From Candidatus Moraniibacteriota bacterium (lineage in GTDB: Bacteria > Patescibacteriota > Minisyncoccia > Moranbacterales > GCA-2747515): DNA of 64,000 nt. The notes beneath the pieces were generated by a model, which saw only the letters and a list, made by a program, of their open reading frames with translations, ran no database searches and was not told where the DNA came from. The stretch spans positions 961,734-1,025,733 of the forward strand of contig CP175956.1 in assembly GCA_046116545.1 (NCBI GenBank), read 5' to 3'. A program made the position numbers and the translations under genes. Positions 39,062 to 48,081 of this stretch are shown piece by piece. Position 1 is the first letter of the stretch; each line of letters begins with the position of its first letter.

Positions 39062-39280
39062 CTATGAACTGACACGTGCGATTGTAAGTGCAATCCCTAG
39101 AAATAACACTGATAATACCACTGTAGATCGTGTTAAAAATTTTTCAAAACCACGCTTAGTATGGTATGAGCCACTAAAATCACCAGCAACCACACCCAAA
39201 CCTTCTCCTTTGTTTTGCATTAAAATCACAACTACAAGTAGTATTGATACAATAGCCTGAATCATTAATAATGTTTTCAT
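39062..39280 (-). CDS. secG: Preprotein translocase subunit SecG
   Basis: ILMQ..GEGLG, RGFEKFL; two TMs. Confidence 0.93.
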   Translation of the reverse strand: MKTLLMIQAIVSILLVVVILMQNKGEGLGVVAGDFSGSYHTKRGFEKFLTRSTVVLSVLFLGIALTIARVSS

Positions 39281-39428
39281 TTCAAAATTTCTTAATTCTA
39301 TCTTTAATTCTTAAGATGATACTATAGTATACTTAAAAAGTCAAAATAAAATATATATTTAAATAGAAAATAAAAACCCTTCTCCCAAATATCATATATT
39401 TGTAAAAAAGGATTTTAAAGTATATCGT

Positions 39429-39881
39429 CTAACGCTTGCTCCATTGTGGTGAACGACGAGCCTTCCTAAGTCCTGGCTTTTTACGCTCAACTTTACGTGC
39501 ATCTCTAGTTAATAATCCATCAGCCTTAAGCGATGGTCTCAATGTTTCATCATATTTTACTAAAGCACGAGCAATCCCTAATTTTACAGCATCTGCTTGA
39601 CCTGAAATACCTCCGCCTTTCACAAGTACAGAAACAGCACATTTTTCATCCATTCCAGCAACTTTCAATGCTTGCAAAAAAGCATCCTTTTGTGTATCTG
39701 TATGAAAATATTCAGTATATTTTTTACCATTAACAATAAGTCCATCCTCAGTTACAGCATCCTTACCATCACAATAAATACGAATTTGCGCAGTAGCTGT
39801 CTTTCGACGACCTACTCCATAGTGATAAGTTCCTGTAAAGAACTTATTATCTGATTTTTTTACCTTATCTTTTGTTACCAT
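39429..39881 (-). CDS. rpsI: 30S ribosomal protein S9
   Basis: GRRKTA, GGG..GQA.A, ERKKPG..KAR..PQWSKR. Confidence 0.97.
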   Translation of the reverse strand: MVTKDKVKKSDNKFFTGTYHYGVGRRKTATAQIRIYCDGKDAVTEDGLIVNGKKYTEYFHTDTQKDAFLQALKVAGMDEKCAVSVLVKGGGISGQADAVKLGIARALVKYDETLRPSLKADGLLTRDARKVERKKPGLRKARRSPQWSKR

Positions 39882-39917
39882 AATTCTTATTAAATATATC
39901 GATTATACGCTGATAAA

Positions 39918-40307
39918 TTATTCATGCACAATATCAATGTTTTTATTGTGTTCTTCTCCTGCATAAATAAATAATCTCGTTTGCATTTGACTACCAAGTT
40001 TATTTTTTGGTAGCATTCCAACAATAGATCTACGCAAAATTTCTTCTGGTTTATCTTCACGCATCTCCTTAACAGTAGTTTCCTTCATTCCACCATGATA
40101 TCCAGAATAATTATAATACTTTTTATCATTTTCTTTATTTCCTGTCAAATTAATTTTTTCAGCATTAATAATAACAACTCCATCACCTCCATCAATATGT
40201 GGTGTGTAGTCAACTTTATTTTTTCCTGATAAAATCTTAGCTATCTCAGTTGATAGTCTCCCTAAGACATAGTTTTTTGCGTCAAATGAATGATATTGCC
40301 GTTCCAT
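39918..40307 (-). CDS. rplM: 50S ribosomal protein L13
   Basis: DA...LGRL, YTPH.D.GD, GMLPKN.LG. Confidence 0.96.
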   Translation of the reverse strand: MERQYHSFDAKNYVLGRLSTEIAKILSGKNKVDYTPHIDGGDGVVIINAEKINLTGNKENDKKYYNYSGYHGGMKETTVKEMREDKPEEILRRSIVGMLPKNKLGSQMQTRLFIYAGEEHNKNIDIVHE

Positions 40308-40332
40308 GTTATTTTAATCAAATACTTACAAT

Positions 40333-40827
40333 TTATTTTGATGATTTCTTATCATCAGATTTCTTCACATCTTTAGTCTCTTTAGTCTCTTTAGTCTTCT
40401 TAGATTCTTTGGGTTTACCTTCTGATTTCTTTTCTGCCTTAACTTGTTTTTTTCCACCCTTATTTTCAGATAAATCAACTAATTCTAGTATTGCTATTCT
40501 CGCACTATCACTTTTTCTTGGTGATAATTTAATAACACGAGCATACCCACTATCACGACTATCAAACTTTTTGATATCTTGAATTAATTTAGTTAAAGCT
40601 TCTTTTGATAATTCACCCTCTAGCTTTCGTACAATCTCCATTTTATTACCATCAGCACGCTTTGCTTTTGTGATAATTTTATCAATTAAGCTTTTAGATT
40701 CTTTTGCCTTTGCTTCTGTAGTTTCAATGCGACCATGTATAATAAGACTACTCAAAAGAGAATTCAAAAGCGCTTTTCTTTGAGAACGCACACGACCAAA
40801 TTGTCTACCTGTTTTACAGTGTTTCAT
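40333..40827 (-). CDS. rplQ: 50S ribosomal protein L17 with K/E-rich tail
   Basis: GR...QRKAL, IETTEAKAKE, R.SGYAR, R..D.A. Confidence 0.95.
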   Translation of the reverse strand: MKHCKTGRQFGRVRSQRKALLNSLLSSLIIHGRIETTEAKAKESKSLIDKIITKAKRADGNKMEIVRKLEGELSKEALTKLIQDIKKFDSRDSGYARVIKLSPRKSDSARIAILELVDLSENKGGKKQVKAEKKSEGKPKESKKTKETKETKDVKKSDDKKSSK

Positions 40828-40849
40828 GACTATATAAAATTATATTTAC

Positions 40850-41560
40850 TTATTCTTCATCTTCAGTAGCATCTACACCACCTGCTGATAGTGCACCAAA
40901 TTGCTCTACTAAAATATTTACTGAATCATCAAATGCCTCTTGTGGAGTAATACTTCCATCAGTAACTATCTCAAGAGTAACTTTTTCATAATCAGTTCTT
41001 TTTCCAACACGCATATTTTCAACATTGTAATTCACACGCTTTACTGGTGTATATACGGCATCTATAACTATTGAGCCTAGTTCTCTATCATCACTAGAAT
41101 ACTGATCAGAAGAAACATACCCAATACCTTTTTCCACAGTAAATTCCATTTCAAGAGTTGTCTTTTTATCTGTAATTGTTGCAATTTGTTGCTTTCCATC
41201 CACAATCTCCAAATCAGCTGAAGTTTCAATATCTGCAGCAGTAATTTTACCTTCACCCTTGACTTTCAAAGTAGCTGTCATTTTTTCATCAGTATGCATC
41301 TTAAAATTAAGTTGCTTTAAATTTAAAATAATCTGAACAACGTCCTCCATCACACCATCAATCGCTGAAAATTCATGTGAAACTCCCTTTATTTTAACAG
41401 AAGTTATTGCAGAACCTTTCAATGAAGATAAAAGAACTCTTCTAATAGCATTTCCCAAAGTTGTTCCATAACCCGGAAAACAAGCAGGAATTTCAATTGT
41501 TCCTGAATTATCCTTACCCTCTTTATATTGAGAAGCTTCTGGTACTGATATTGTTGACAT
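40850..41560 (-). CDS. rpoA: RNA polymerase alpha subunit (N-terminal domain only)
   Basis: GYGTTLGNAIRRVLLSS, HEFS...GV.ED, DAVYTPV..VNY.VE; ends at 236 aa. Confidence 0.96.
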   Translation of the reverse strand: MSTISVPEASQYKEGKDNSGTIEIPACFPGYGTTLGNAIRRVLLSSLKGSAITSVKIKGVSHEFSAIDGVMEDVVQIILNLKQLNFKMHTDEKMTATLKVKGEGKITAADIETSADLEIVDGKQQIATITDKKTTLEMEFTVEKGIGYVSSDQYSSDDRELGSIVIDAVYTPVKRVNYNVENMRVGKRTDYEKVTLEIVTDGSITPQEAFDDSVNILVEQFGALSAGGVDATEDEE

Positions 41561-41597
41561 ATTTTTTATTTAGTAAATTATAAAAATATAAAATGAA

Positions 41598-42218
41598 TTA
41601 TTTTGAGTAAAACTCAACGATGATTTGTGCATTAATATTTGCATCAAAATCATCTCGTTTTGGCAAAGCAATCATTTTCCCACTCATATCTTTATTATCA
41701 AGAGTAAGCCAGCTTACAACGTGTTTTTTATTCGTAATATATTGTTCTTGATTCTTGAAATATCCATTTCCTTTTTTTGTAGGATTGATAGTTATAACAT
41801 CTCCAACTTTAACTTCATATGAAGGTATAGACATTTTCTTTCCATTAACCTGAATCATCGAATGATTTACAATCTGTCTAGACTGAGGACGAGTATTAGC
41901 AAATCCCAATCTATAAACAACATTGTCTAATCGCTGTTCTAATCTAGCTAATAACAAATCACCAGTAACACCTGGACGATTTTTTACATCCTCATAATGT
42001 TTTCGAAATTGCTTTTCCATAACACCGTAAATATATTTTGCTTTTTGCTTCATAGCAAGCTGCTTCCCATATTCACTTTTATTACGAGAAAAACTTTTAC
42101 CATGTACTCCAGGAGCATAGTTTTTACGAGATAAAATTCTATCGTACTTTTCAGCACCATAAATGTTTTCGCCAAATCGACGACATATTTTTGCTTTTGG
42201 TCCTCTATATCGAGCCAT
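41598..42218 (-). CDS. rpsD: 30S ribosomal protein S4
   Basis: MARYRGP, LEQRLDNVVYRLG, IVEFYSK. Confidence 0.97.
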   Translation of the reverse strand: MARYRGPKAKICRRFGENIYGAEKYDRILSRKNYAPGVHGKSFSRNKSEYGKQLAMKQKAKYIYGVMEKQFRKHYEDVKNRPGVTGDLLLARLEQRLDNVVYRLGFANTRPQSRQIVNHSMIQVNGKKMSIPSYEVKVGDVITINPTKKGNGYFKNQEQYITNKKHVVSWLTLDNKDMSGKMIALPKRDDFDANINAQIIVEFYSK

Positions 42219-42255
42219 ACCTTCTGTAATTAAATAAATTTATTATAAGAAAAAA

Positions 42256-42744
42256 TTATACACGACGTGGTTTACGACGTCTACACCCATTATGTGCAAT
42301 AGGAGTTATGTCTTTTATCAAACTAATTTCAAATCCTTTTGCAGCCAATGCTCTGATAGAAGCATCTCTTCCACCTCCAACACCTTTTACAAAAACTTGC
42401 AATTCTTTGATATTATTTTTTTCAACTTTTTCAACAACAGCATTTACAATCTGAGAAGCTGCATACGGAGTAGATTTTTTAGCACCTTTGAATCCAAGCA
42501 TTCCAGCACTTGCCCAACCTAGTACAGCACCATTTAAATCTGTAATAGTTACAATCGTATTATTATATGTAGATTGAATATGTGCCTGACCTTTACGAAT
42601 CTGTCTTTTACCAGACTTTTTTGATTTTGTAGGACGAACATCTTTTTTTGCATCATCACTTACTGAATTAGCTTTAGCTTTAACAGTATTTTTTGATTCT
42701 GTCTCTACAACCTTATCTTCTTTTTTATTCATTTCTTCACTCAT
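42256..42744 (-). CDS. rpsK: 30S ribosomal protein S11 with N-terminal extension
   Basis: STYNNTI, KSTPYAA, D.TPI.HNGCR. Confidence 0.97.
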   Translation of the reverse strand: MSEEMNKKEDKVVETESKNTVKAKANSVSDDAKKDVRPTKSKKSGKRQIRKGQAHIQSTYNNTIVTITDLNGAVLGWASAGMLGFKGAKKSTPYAASQIVNAVVEKVEKNNIKELQVFVKGVGGGRDASIRALAAKGFEISLIKDITPIAHNGCRRRKPRRV

Positions 42745-42802
42745 GATAATTCTATATAAAACCTTTTACAAAAATAAACTTTGGATTTAAACTAAATATT
42801 TC

Positions 42803-43192
42803 TTATGTCTTAGAAGCTGCTCCTGATCTACCGCTTCCAGCCGTCATTCTTTTGTTTCCACGAACTGTTCTGTTATTTGTCTTTGTCCTTTGACCTCTAA
42901 CAGGTAATCCTTTTTGATGACGAGTCCCACGATAACAACCAACTTCTTTCAACCTACGTACATTCATTTTACGCTCATGCCTCAACTCACCCTCTGTACT
43001 ATGATCTTTCTCTATAACATCACGTAATCTATCAGCATCTTTTTTCTCAACGTCTTTAGTTCGAGTTATAGGATCAATTTTTAACTCTTCAAGTATTTTT
43101 CTACTTGTAGTCAAACCAATACCATAGATATATGTCAATGATATATCAATACATTTTTCATCTGGAATATTAACACCTGCAATACGAATCAT
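42803..43192 (-). CDS. rpsM: 30S ribosomal protein S13
   Basis: RIAGVNIP, YIYGIG, YRG.RH..GLPVRGQRTKTN. Confidence 0.97.
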   Translation of the reverse strand: MIRIAGVNIPDEKCIDISLTYIYGIGLTTSRKILEELKIDPITRTKDVEKKDADRLRDVIEKDHSTEGELRHERKMNVRRLKEVGCYRGTRHQKGLPVRGQRTKTNNRTVRGNKRMTAGSGRSGAASKT

Positions 43193-43215
43193 ATCTTTAT
43201 TATACTTAAAATATT

Positions 43216-43329
43216 TTAACCTTGTCGTTGTTTGTGCTTTGGATTAACACAAATAACATAAACTCGCCCTCTACGACGAACTATTTTACATTGTTTACAC
43301 ATTTTCTTTACTGATGCACGAACTTTCAT
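43216..43329 (-). CDS. rpmJ: 50S ribosomal protein L36 (zinc-binding type)
   Basis: Manual translation [37 protein letters not shown]; too short for the ORF track. Confidence 0.97.
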   Translation of the reverse strand: MKVRASVKKMCKQCKIVRRRGRVYVICVNPKHKQRQG

Positions 43330-43386
43330 TTCTCTATATCTTAATAATTTTAAATCATCTTTTTTTATAGGCTATAAATTTTATAT

Positions 43387-43602
43387 TTATAGTCTTTGCG
43401 TAATTCTACCTTTTGTTAGATCATACGGACTCATCTCCACAATAACGCGATCTCCAGGTAGCAATCGTATATAATGCACACGCATTTTACCTGATATATG
43501 AGCCAATACTTCATGTCCATTATCCAATTCAACCTTAAATGTTGTACTTGGTAATGTCTCCACTACTACGCCTTCTAATTTAATTGTATCTTTTTTTGCC
43601 AT
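43387..43602 (-). CDS. infA: Translation initiation factor IF-1
   Basis: [30 protein letters not shown]. Confidence 0.97.
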   Translation of the reverse strand: MAKKDTIKLEGVVVETLPSTTFKVELDNGHEVLAHISGKMRVHYIRLLPGDRVIVEMSPYDLTKGRITQRL

Positions 43603-43751
43603 AAATTATATAAATATAAGTTTAAAAAAATCGTAACATCAAAAAACAAGAGGGTGTCATCCACATATTCCATTCCTAAATCTTGATAACCAATTCACAG
43701 GAAAACCTCTTCGTAATATTATATTATGAAACTTTCTTCAAACTCGTACTA

Positions 43752-43782
43752 ACTATACTACCAAATAATAAAAACTTGTCAA
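43752..43782 (-). promoter_or_regulatory. Promoter of the infA-alpha operon
   Basis: TTGACA (43782-43777) followed by a TAGTAT/TATAGT -10 region. Confidence 0.6.
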
Positions 43783-43815
43783 GTGCCTTGAGTTATTTAT
43801 CCCTTATTAGCACAC

Positions 43816-45744
43816 TTATCTAACTTTTATTTCCGTCATGAAATCAAATTTTGAAATATGATCAGAAATAAATACTGGAAAACCAGGCACAACACTCTCT
43901 AAAATTATCTTCTCTATCACATCTTTATATTCACTTTCTATAACACTTAATAAATCATCATGTTTTTCACCTCTTATATCATCTCTAAACGAATCAACAT
44001 CTACAGTAGCTACCACAACTGCCGATCCTCTAGCACTCATTTTTACACTATCATTTTCAAAATCAGAACTAACATTACTATATTCAACATTTACATCAAC
44101 TTTTTCTCTATTATATTGATTATATTTTTCTGATAAATTAGATTCCATCACACCTATAACATCTTGCTGCGAAAATATGATAGCCTCAACATCAGAAACT
44201 ATTTCATACATAAATTGATCAGCCATTGTTCCAGCACTAACACTTGGCTCTGATCTTAATATTTCATATTTCACATTTTCATCCAATAACACTTCATCAT
44301 CTGGTCTCAATAATCCATTAATTTGACTTTTTATATATTCATCTAATTCTTCATTCATCTGATTTTCAGCTGCTTCAATATCCTCTTCAGCTACCAACGA
44401 AACTCCATCACCTCCAACGCCTCCACCGGTCATAACCCGTTCACTCATTGCATAAATTTTTTCTTTTTTCGGACCACTACTAAATCCAGGTATTGAAAAT
44501 TTTGTTGGAGCAATATTTGAAGACTCTCCTGATTTATCTGCAATAACTAATGCCTCAACACTACCAGGCTCTGTCCCTTTCATACCAGGAACCGTTGCAG
44601 CCTTAACTAATCTAAACAAAGTTCCATCTTCAGCTAAAAATCTTGTAGTGGCAACTAACGGTTGCGAAACATTACTAAATTCATTAAATATAGTAATGGT
44701 TCCCTGTGCTTTTTGTGCATCGACATCGCCAGTGCCTGTTGCATTAAACGTCTTTGTAAATGTCATATCTCTTTCGATTACTCTAGCTGGTATAATCCTA
44801 CGGTCTGCATCAGCTATGCTTTGATCAGCTTTTGCTGTCATTTCCATGGTCTCATCAATATTGATTTGCTTTGGTTCTATCTCCAATTTTGTTTTTGGCA
44901 AGATTATTACCATAACAGCAATAACCAACATGACACTAACTGCGCCAACAAAACTCCTAACTACAAACTTTGAAGTACTTGACATTGCAACTTCACTTTG
45001 TTGTTTTTTAGCTTTTTTAACTTTTTTCTTATTTTTAGTATGGTTTTTTTCAGCACTCTCAGAATACTGGTTTTGAAAATTATTTTGATGTGACATACCA
45101 TTGCTAACGACTGAATTTTTCAGTGTTTTTTCATACTCATCAAATCCCATTTCTTGCTTTTTAGCATAACCACCGTGCATTTGTTGCTTTGGTGCTACTT
45201 TAGATTGTCGTTGATGTACTTCGCCACCCATTGCAACACCACTTACGCTACTATTAGAAATATTTCTTTGAGGAACAGCATTCATCCTAGATGATTTTTT
45301 TGCTTGTTGCATACTCTCACTATGACCCATATCCATCCCAACACTAGAACTAACTATAGGAGTAGAAATAGGGATTTGATTCTGATTTATCTTATTATTT
45401 TTTACAGGAATATGTTGATTTTTCTTGATTTCAACATGATTTTCTTGATTTGTTCCCAGTGAATTCGCCCTAATGTCTTCATCTTCAGCAAAATACTTAA
45501 CATTTATCCCTGCACGCTGCGCAAAAGACATCCCATCTTCATCATTAGTGATAAGAAGCATCTTTTTACCATATCTCTTTGATTCTTGTAATAACAGCTT
45601 CAGGTTAACAACACTCTGCAATAACAAAGCATGCTGAGGAACAATTACTTCTATATTAATATATGACGATTGCTTTAATCTATCTATAACAGTTGTTATT
45701 TCCTCATCTACATCTACATAGATTTTTTGTACATTATTATTCAT
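43816..45744 (-). CDS. Conserved CPR-type bitopic membrane protein (N-terminal alpha/beta domain, disordered linker, TM, baseplate-J-like external domain)
   Basis: 'IYVDVDEEITTVIDRL...NLKLL' N-domain; TM 'SFVGAVSVMLVIAVMVIILP'; 'KAQGTITIFN...LVATTRF...A.KSGE..NI...MTGG' resembles baseplate J/gp47-like sequences (from recall). Confidence 0.65.
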   Translation of the reverse strand: MNNNVQKIYVDVDEEITTVIDRLKQSSYINIEVIVPQHALLLQSVVNLKLLLQESKRYGKKMLLITNDEDGMSFAQRAGINVKYFAEDEDIRANSLGTNQENHVEIKKNQHIPVKNNKINQNQIPISTPIVSSSVGMDMGHSESMQQAKKSSRMNAVPQRNISNSSVSGVAMGGEVHQRQSKVAPKQQMHGGYAKKQEMGFDEYEKTLKNSVVSNGMSHQNNFQNQYSESAEKNHTKNKKKVKKAKKQQSEVAMSSTSKFVVRSFVGAVSVMLVIAVMVIILPKTKLEIEPKQINIDETMEMTAKADQSIADADRRIIPARVIERDMTFTKTFNATGTGDVDAQKAQGTITIFNEFSNVSQPLVATTRFLAEDGTLFRLVKAATVPGMKGTEPGSVEALVIADKSGESSNIAPTKFSIPGFSSGPKKEKIYAMSERVMTGGGVGGDGVSLVAEEDIEAAENQMNEELDEYIKSQINGLLRPDDEVLLDENVKYEILRSEPSVSAGTMADQFMYEIVSDVEAIIFSQQDVIGVMESNLSEKYNQYNREKVDVNVEYSNVSSDFENDSVKMSARGSAVVVATVDVDSFRDDIRGEKHDDLLSVIESEYKDVIEKIILESVVPGFPVFISDHISKFDFMTEIKVR

Positions 45745-45757
45745 AACTCAAATACTA

Positions 45758-47032
45758 TTACTTTTGAACATCCTTCATTGCTTTTTTTAATATTCTTGAT
45801 ATTTCCTTTTCTTTAGTAAGTTCAGAAACAGCTAAATTTGCGAGTGCTAAGGGCGTTACATCCTGTGGATTATCTAATTCTCCAGTCTCATCTATCATAT
45901 GAATAACATCCCTTGGTTGCAAAAAATTAACACTTAATGATTTCGTAAATGGTAACTTTTTAACCCACTCAGTCTCTAGTAAAACATGTCCTATTTCTGG
46001 TAAAGCGCTTCCACCTCCACATAAATAAATATTTGATGGCAAAAGATCTTTATCCGCAAATTCCATAAGTGATAATTCTACCCCGCCCAACCACACTAGA
46101 CTGTCTTGTAATAATATCTTTGAAAATTGCTCAGATACGTTTGACTGTAATTTACCATGAGTATACTTAATTTTCAATGTTTCTGCTTCTTCAAAGGGAA
46201 TTCTCAGTGATTGAGCTAATCTTTTTGTGAATGCTCGTCCTCCAAGAGCAAACATTTTGGTTCCTTCCAAGCCACCATTGCGAACAACTGCAATATCTGT
46301 TGTCCCACCTCCAATATCTATAAATATTCCATTAAAGTCCAATATATCCTCATACCCAACTGAAGCAGAAACTGCATAAGGCTCAGCAGCAACACGCATC
46401 AAATCAAGATTTAATTCTTGAGCAATCATATCTATGGCTCCCAAATGCATAAGAGGTGCATATGAATTAAAAATACTTATTGATAGATTTTTTCCCTGAA
46501 AATTAAGTGGATTCGCCACTCTATAACCATCTATCCTAACATCAACTATTGCAGCATTTATCAACTTCACATCCACACTTCTGCCTAACTCCCATTCCAT
46601 TTGCTCTCGTATCCTTTCTAATGCCTTCCACTGAACTCTTTGTATTATTTCCTTCAACTCTGGTAACTCCATCCTATTTGATGGATTTGCCCTATCATAA
46701 TGAACTGTTGTTGTAGTACCTTTCACTAACTCTCCAGCCACACCCATAACTGCATGAGATACATCATCAACTCCAGCCATTTTTTTTGCTTGACTGATTG
46801 ATTTTTTACATATTTCTATAACACCATTAATATCTGATATTGCACCACTTTGCATGTTATTTCTTTTTTGTCTTTCTTTGCCAATGCCAACAACTACACC
46901 CTTAGTACTCTCTTCATCAATCCTAAAAACTATTGACTTTACCATTTCAGTACCAATATCCAAAGCAAGATAGTATTCACCATCTTTACTGCCTTTTTTG
47001 AATTTATCAAATATTCCCATTATTTTATTCAA
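45758..47032 (-). CDS. FtsA-like actin-fold ATPase (not linked to ftsZ)
   Basis: ALDIGT, G.I.DI, inserted SHS2-like region 'VRIDGY.V.NP', IDIGGGTTD, GG..FT, CGGGSAL. Confidence 0.82.
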   Translation of the reverse strand: MNKIMGIFDKFKKGSKDGEYYLALDIGTEMVKSIVFRIDEESTKGVVVGIGKERQKRNNMQSGAISDINGVIEICKKSISQAKKMAGVDDVSHAVMGVAGELVKGTTTTVHYDRANPSNRMELPELKEIIQRVQWKALERIREQMEWELGRSVDVKLINAAIVDVRIDGYRVANPLNFQGKNLSISIFNSYAPLMHLGAIDMIAQELNLDLMRVAAEPYAVSASVGYEDILDFNGIFIDIGGGTTDIAVVRNGGLEGTKMFALGGRAFTKRLAQSLRIPFEEAETLKIKYTHGKLQSNVSEQFSKILLQDSLVWLGGVELSLMEFADKDLLPSNIYLCGGGSALPEIGHVLLETEWVKKLPFTKSLSVNFLQPRDVIHMIDETGELDNPQDVTPLALANLAVSELTKEKEISRILKKAMKDVQK

Positions 47033-48077
47033 TTTCAGTTACAGGAAATTTGCCTATTCTGTCCTGTATTGAATTAATTGTCATCAACTTTTCATGTGCC
47101 CCATATTCATCTATAACAGCATCACCATTCGCACTACCCCACGCAATCCCTTGACTAACAGAATTACCATGTAACATGCTAGCAAGGAATCCACTTGCAA
47201 ACGCATCGCCAGCACCTGTTGAATCCTTAACATACTTATCTATTGTTTTTGTGTGATACGTTTTTATTCCATCAAAAACCCAAGCACCATTAATCCCATC
47301 AGTTAAAACTACTATTCCATCGTCGTTTAACATGTGTGAACTTATAGTTTTTAATAAAAACACTATATCTTTATTATACTCTAAATCAAATTTAGACACA
47401 ATTGAAATTGCCTCTTCCTTATTTAAAAATACAATACTGGAATGATGTATTAAATCCAATACAATATTTTCATCTTGTTTTATATTTTTTCCACCTGGAT
47501 TATATGCGAGTTTTAAATTATATTCAGAGACAGCTTTATGTATTTTTTGCATATTAATATCTATATCTTCTCCATATAGAGAACCCACAAAACACCAATC
47601 TATATCTACTAACTCAGATTCTTCTATCTGAAAATTCTCACCAACATCCCTGTTTACAAAAATGGTTCTCTCTCCAGTGTTTTGATCAACTATAATAACT
47701 GATATATCAGTGTCTGACTCTTTAATAATCTGTACACCACCCACATCTACATTTTGAGATTTCAATTTTTCTACAATCCACGCACCATCAGTATCACCAC
47801 CAACATTTCCAGATGCATAAGCTTCAATTCCTAACCTAGTCAACCCCACAGAAACATTACAAGCACATCCACCAGGAGCTGTGAATCTATCTTCCACATG
47901 AACCTTTCCACCATAGCCAAAACAAAACTTTTTTTCATCTTTATTCTGACCTGAATTTTCTATCACAGTACCTGACAAAATCGGAAAAAAAATATCTTTT
48001 CCCATACTTCCCAAACAAATTACTTTTGATATTGTTTCACCTTGATTTTGCATAAAGGTAGATTTTAATTCTTTCAT
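47025..48077 (-). CDS. PfkB-family carbohydrate kinase
   Basis: PGG...NV, N..EA and DSTGAGDAF signature. Confidence 0.92.
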   Translation of the reverse strand: MKELKSTFMQNQGETISKVICLGSMGKDIFFPILSGTVIENSGQNKDEKKFCFGYGGKVHVEDRFTAPGGCACNVSVGLTRLGIEAYASGNVGGDTDGAWIVEKLKSQNVDVGGVQIIKESDTDISVIIVDQNTGERTIFVNRDVGENFQIEESELVDIDWCFVGSLYGEDIDINMQKIHKAVSEYNLKLAYNPGGKNIKQDENIVLDLIHHSSIVFLNKEEAISIVSKFDLEYNKDIVFLLKTISSHMLNDDGIVVLTDGINGAWVFDGIKTYHTKTIDKYVKDSTGAGDAFASGFLASMLHGNSVSQGIAWGSANGDAVIDEYGAHEKLMTINSIQDRIGKFPVTEIE

Positions 48078-48081
48078 ATTT

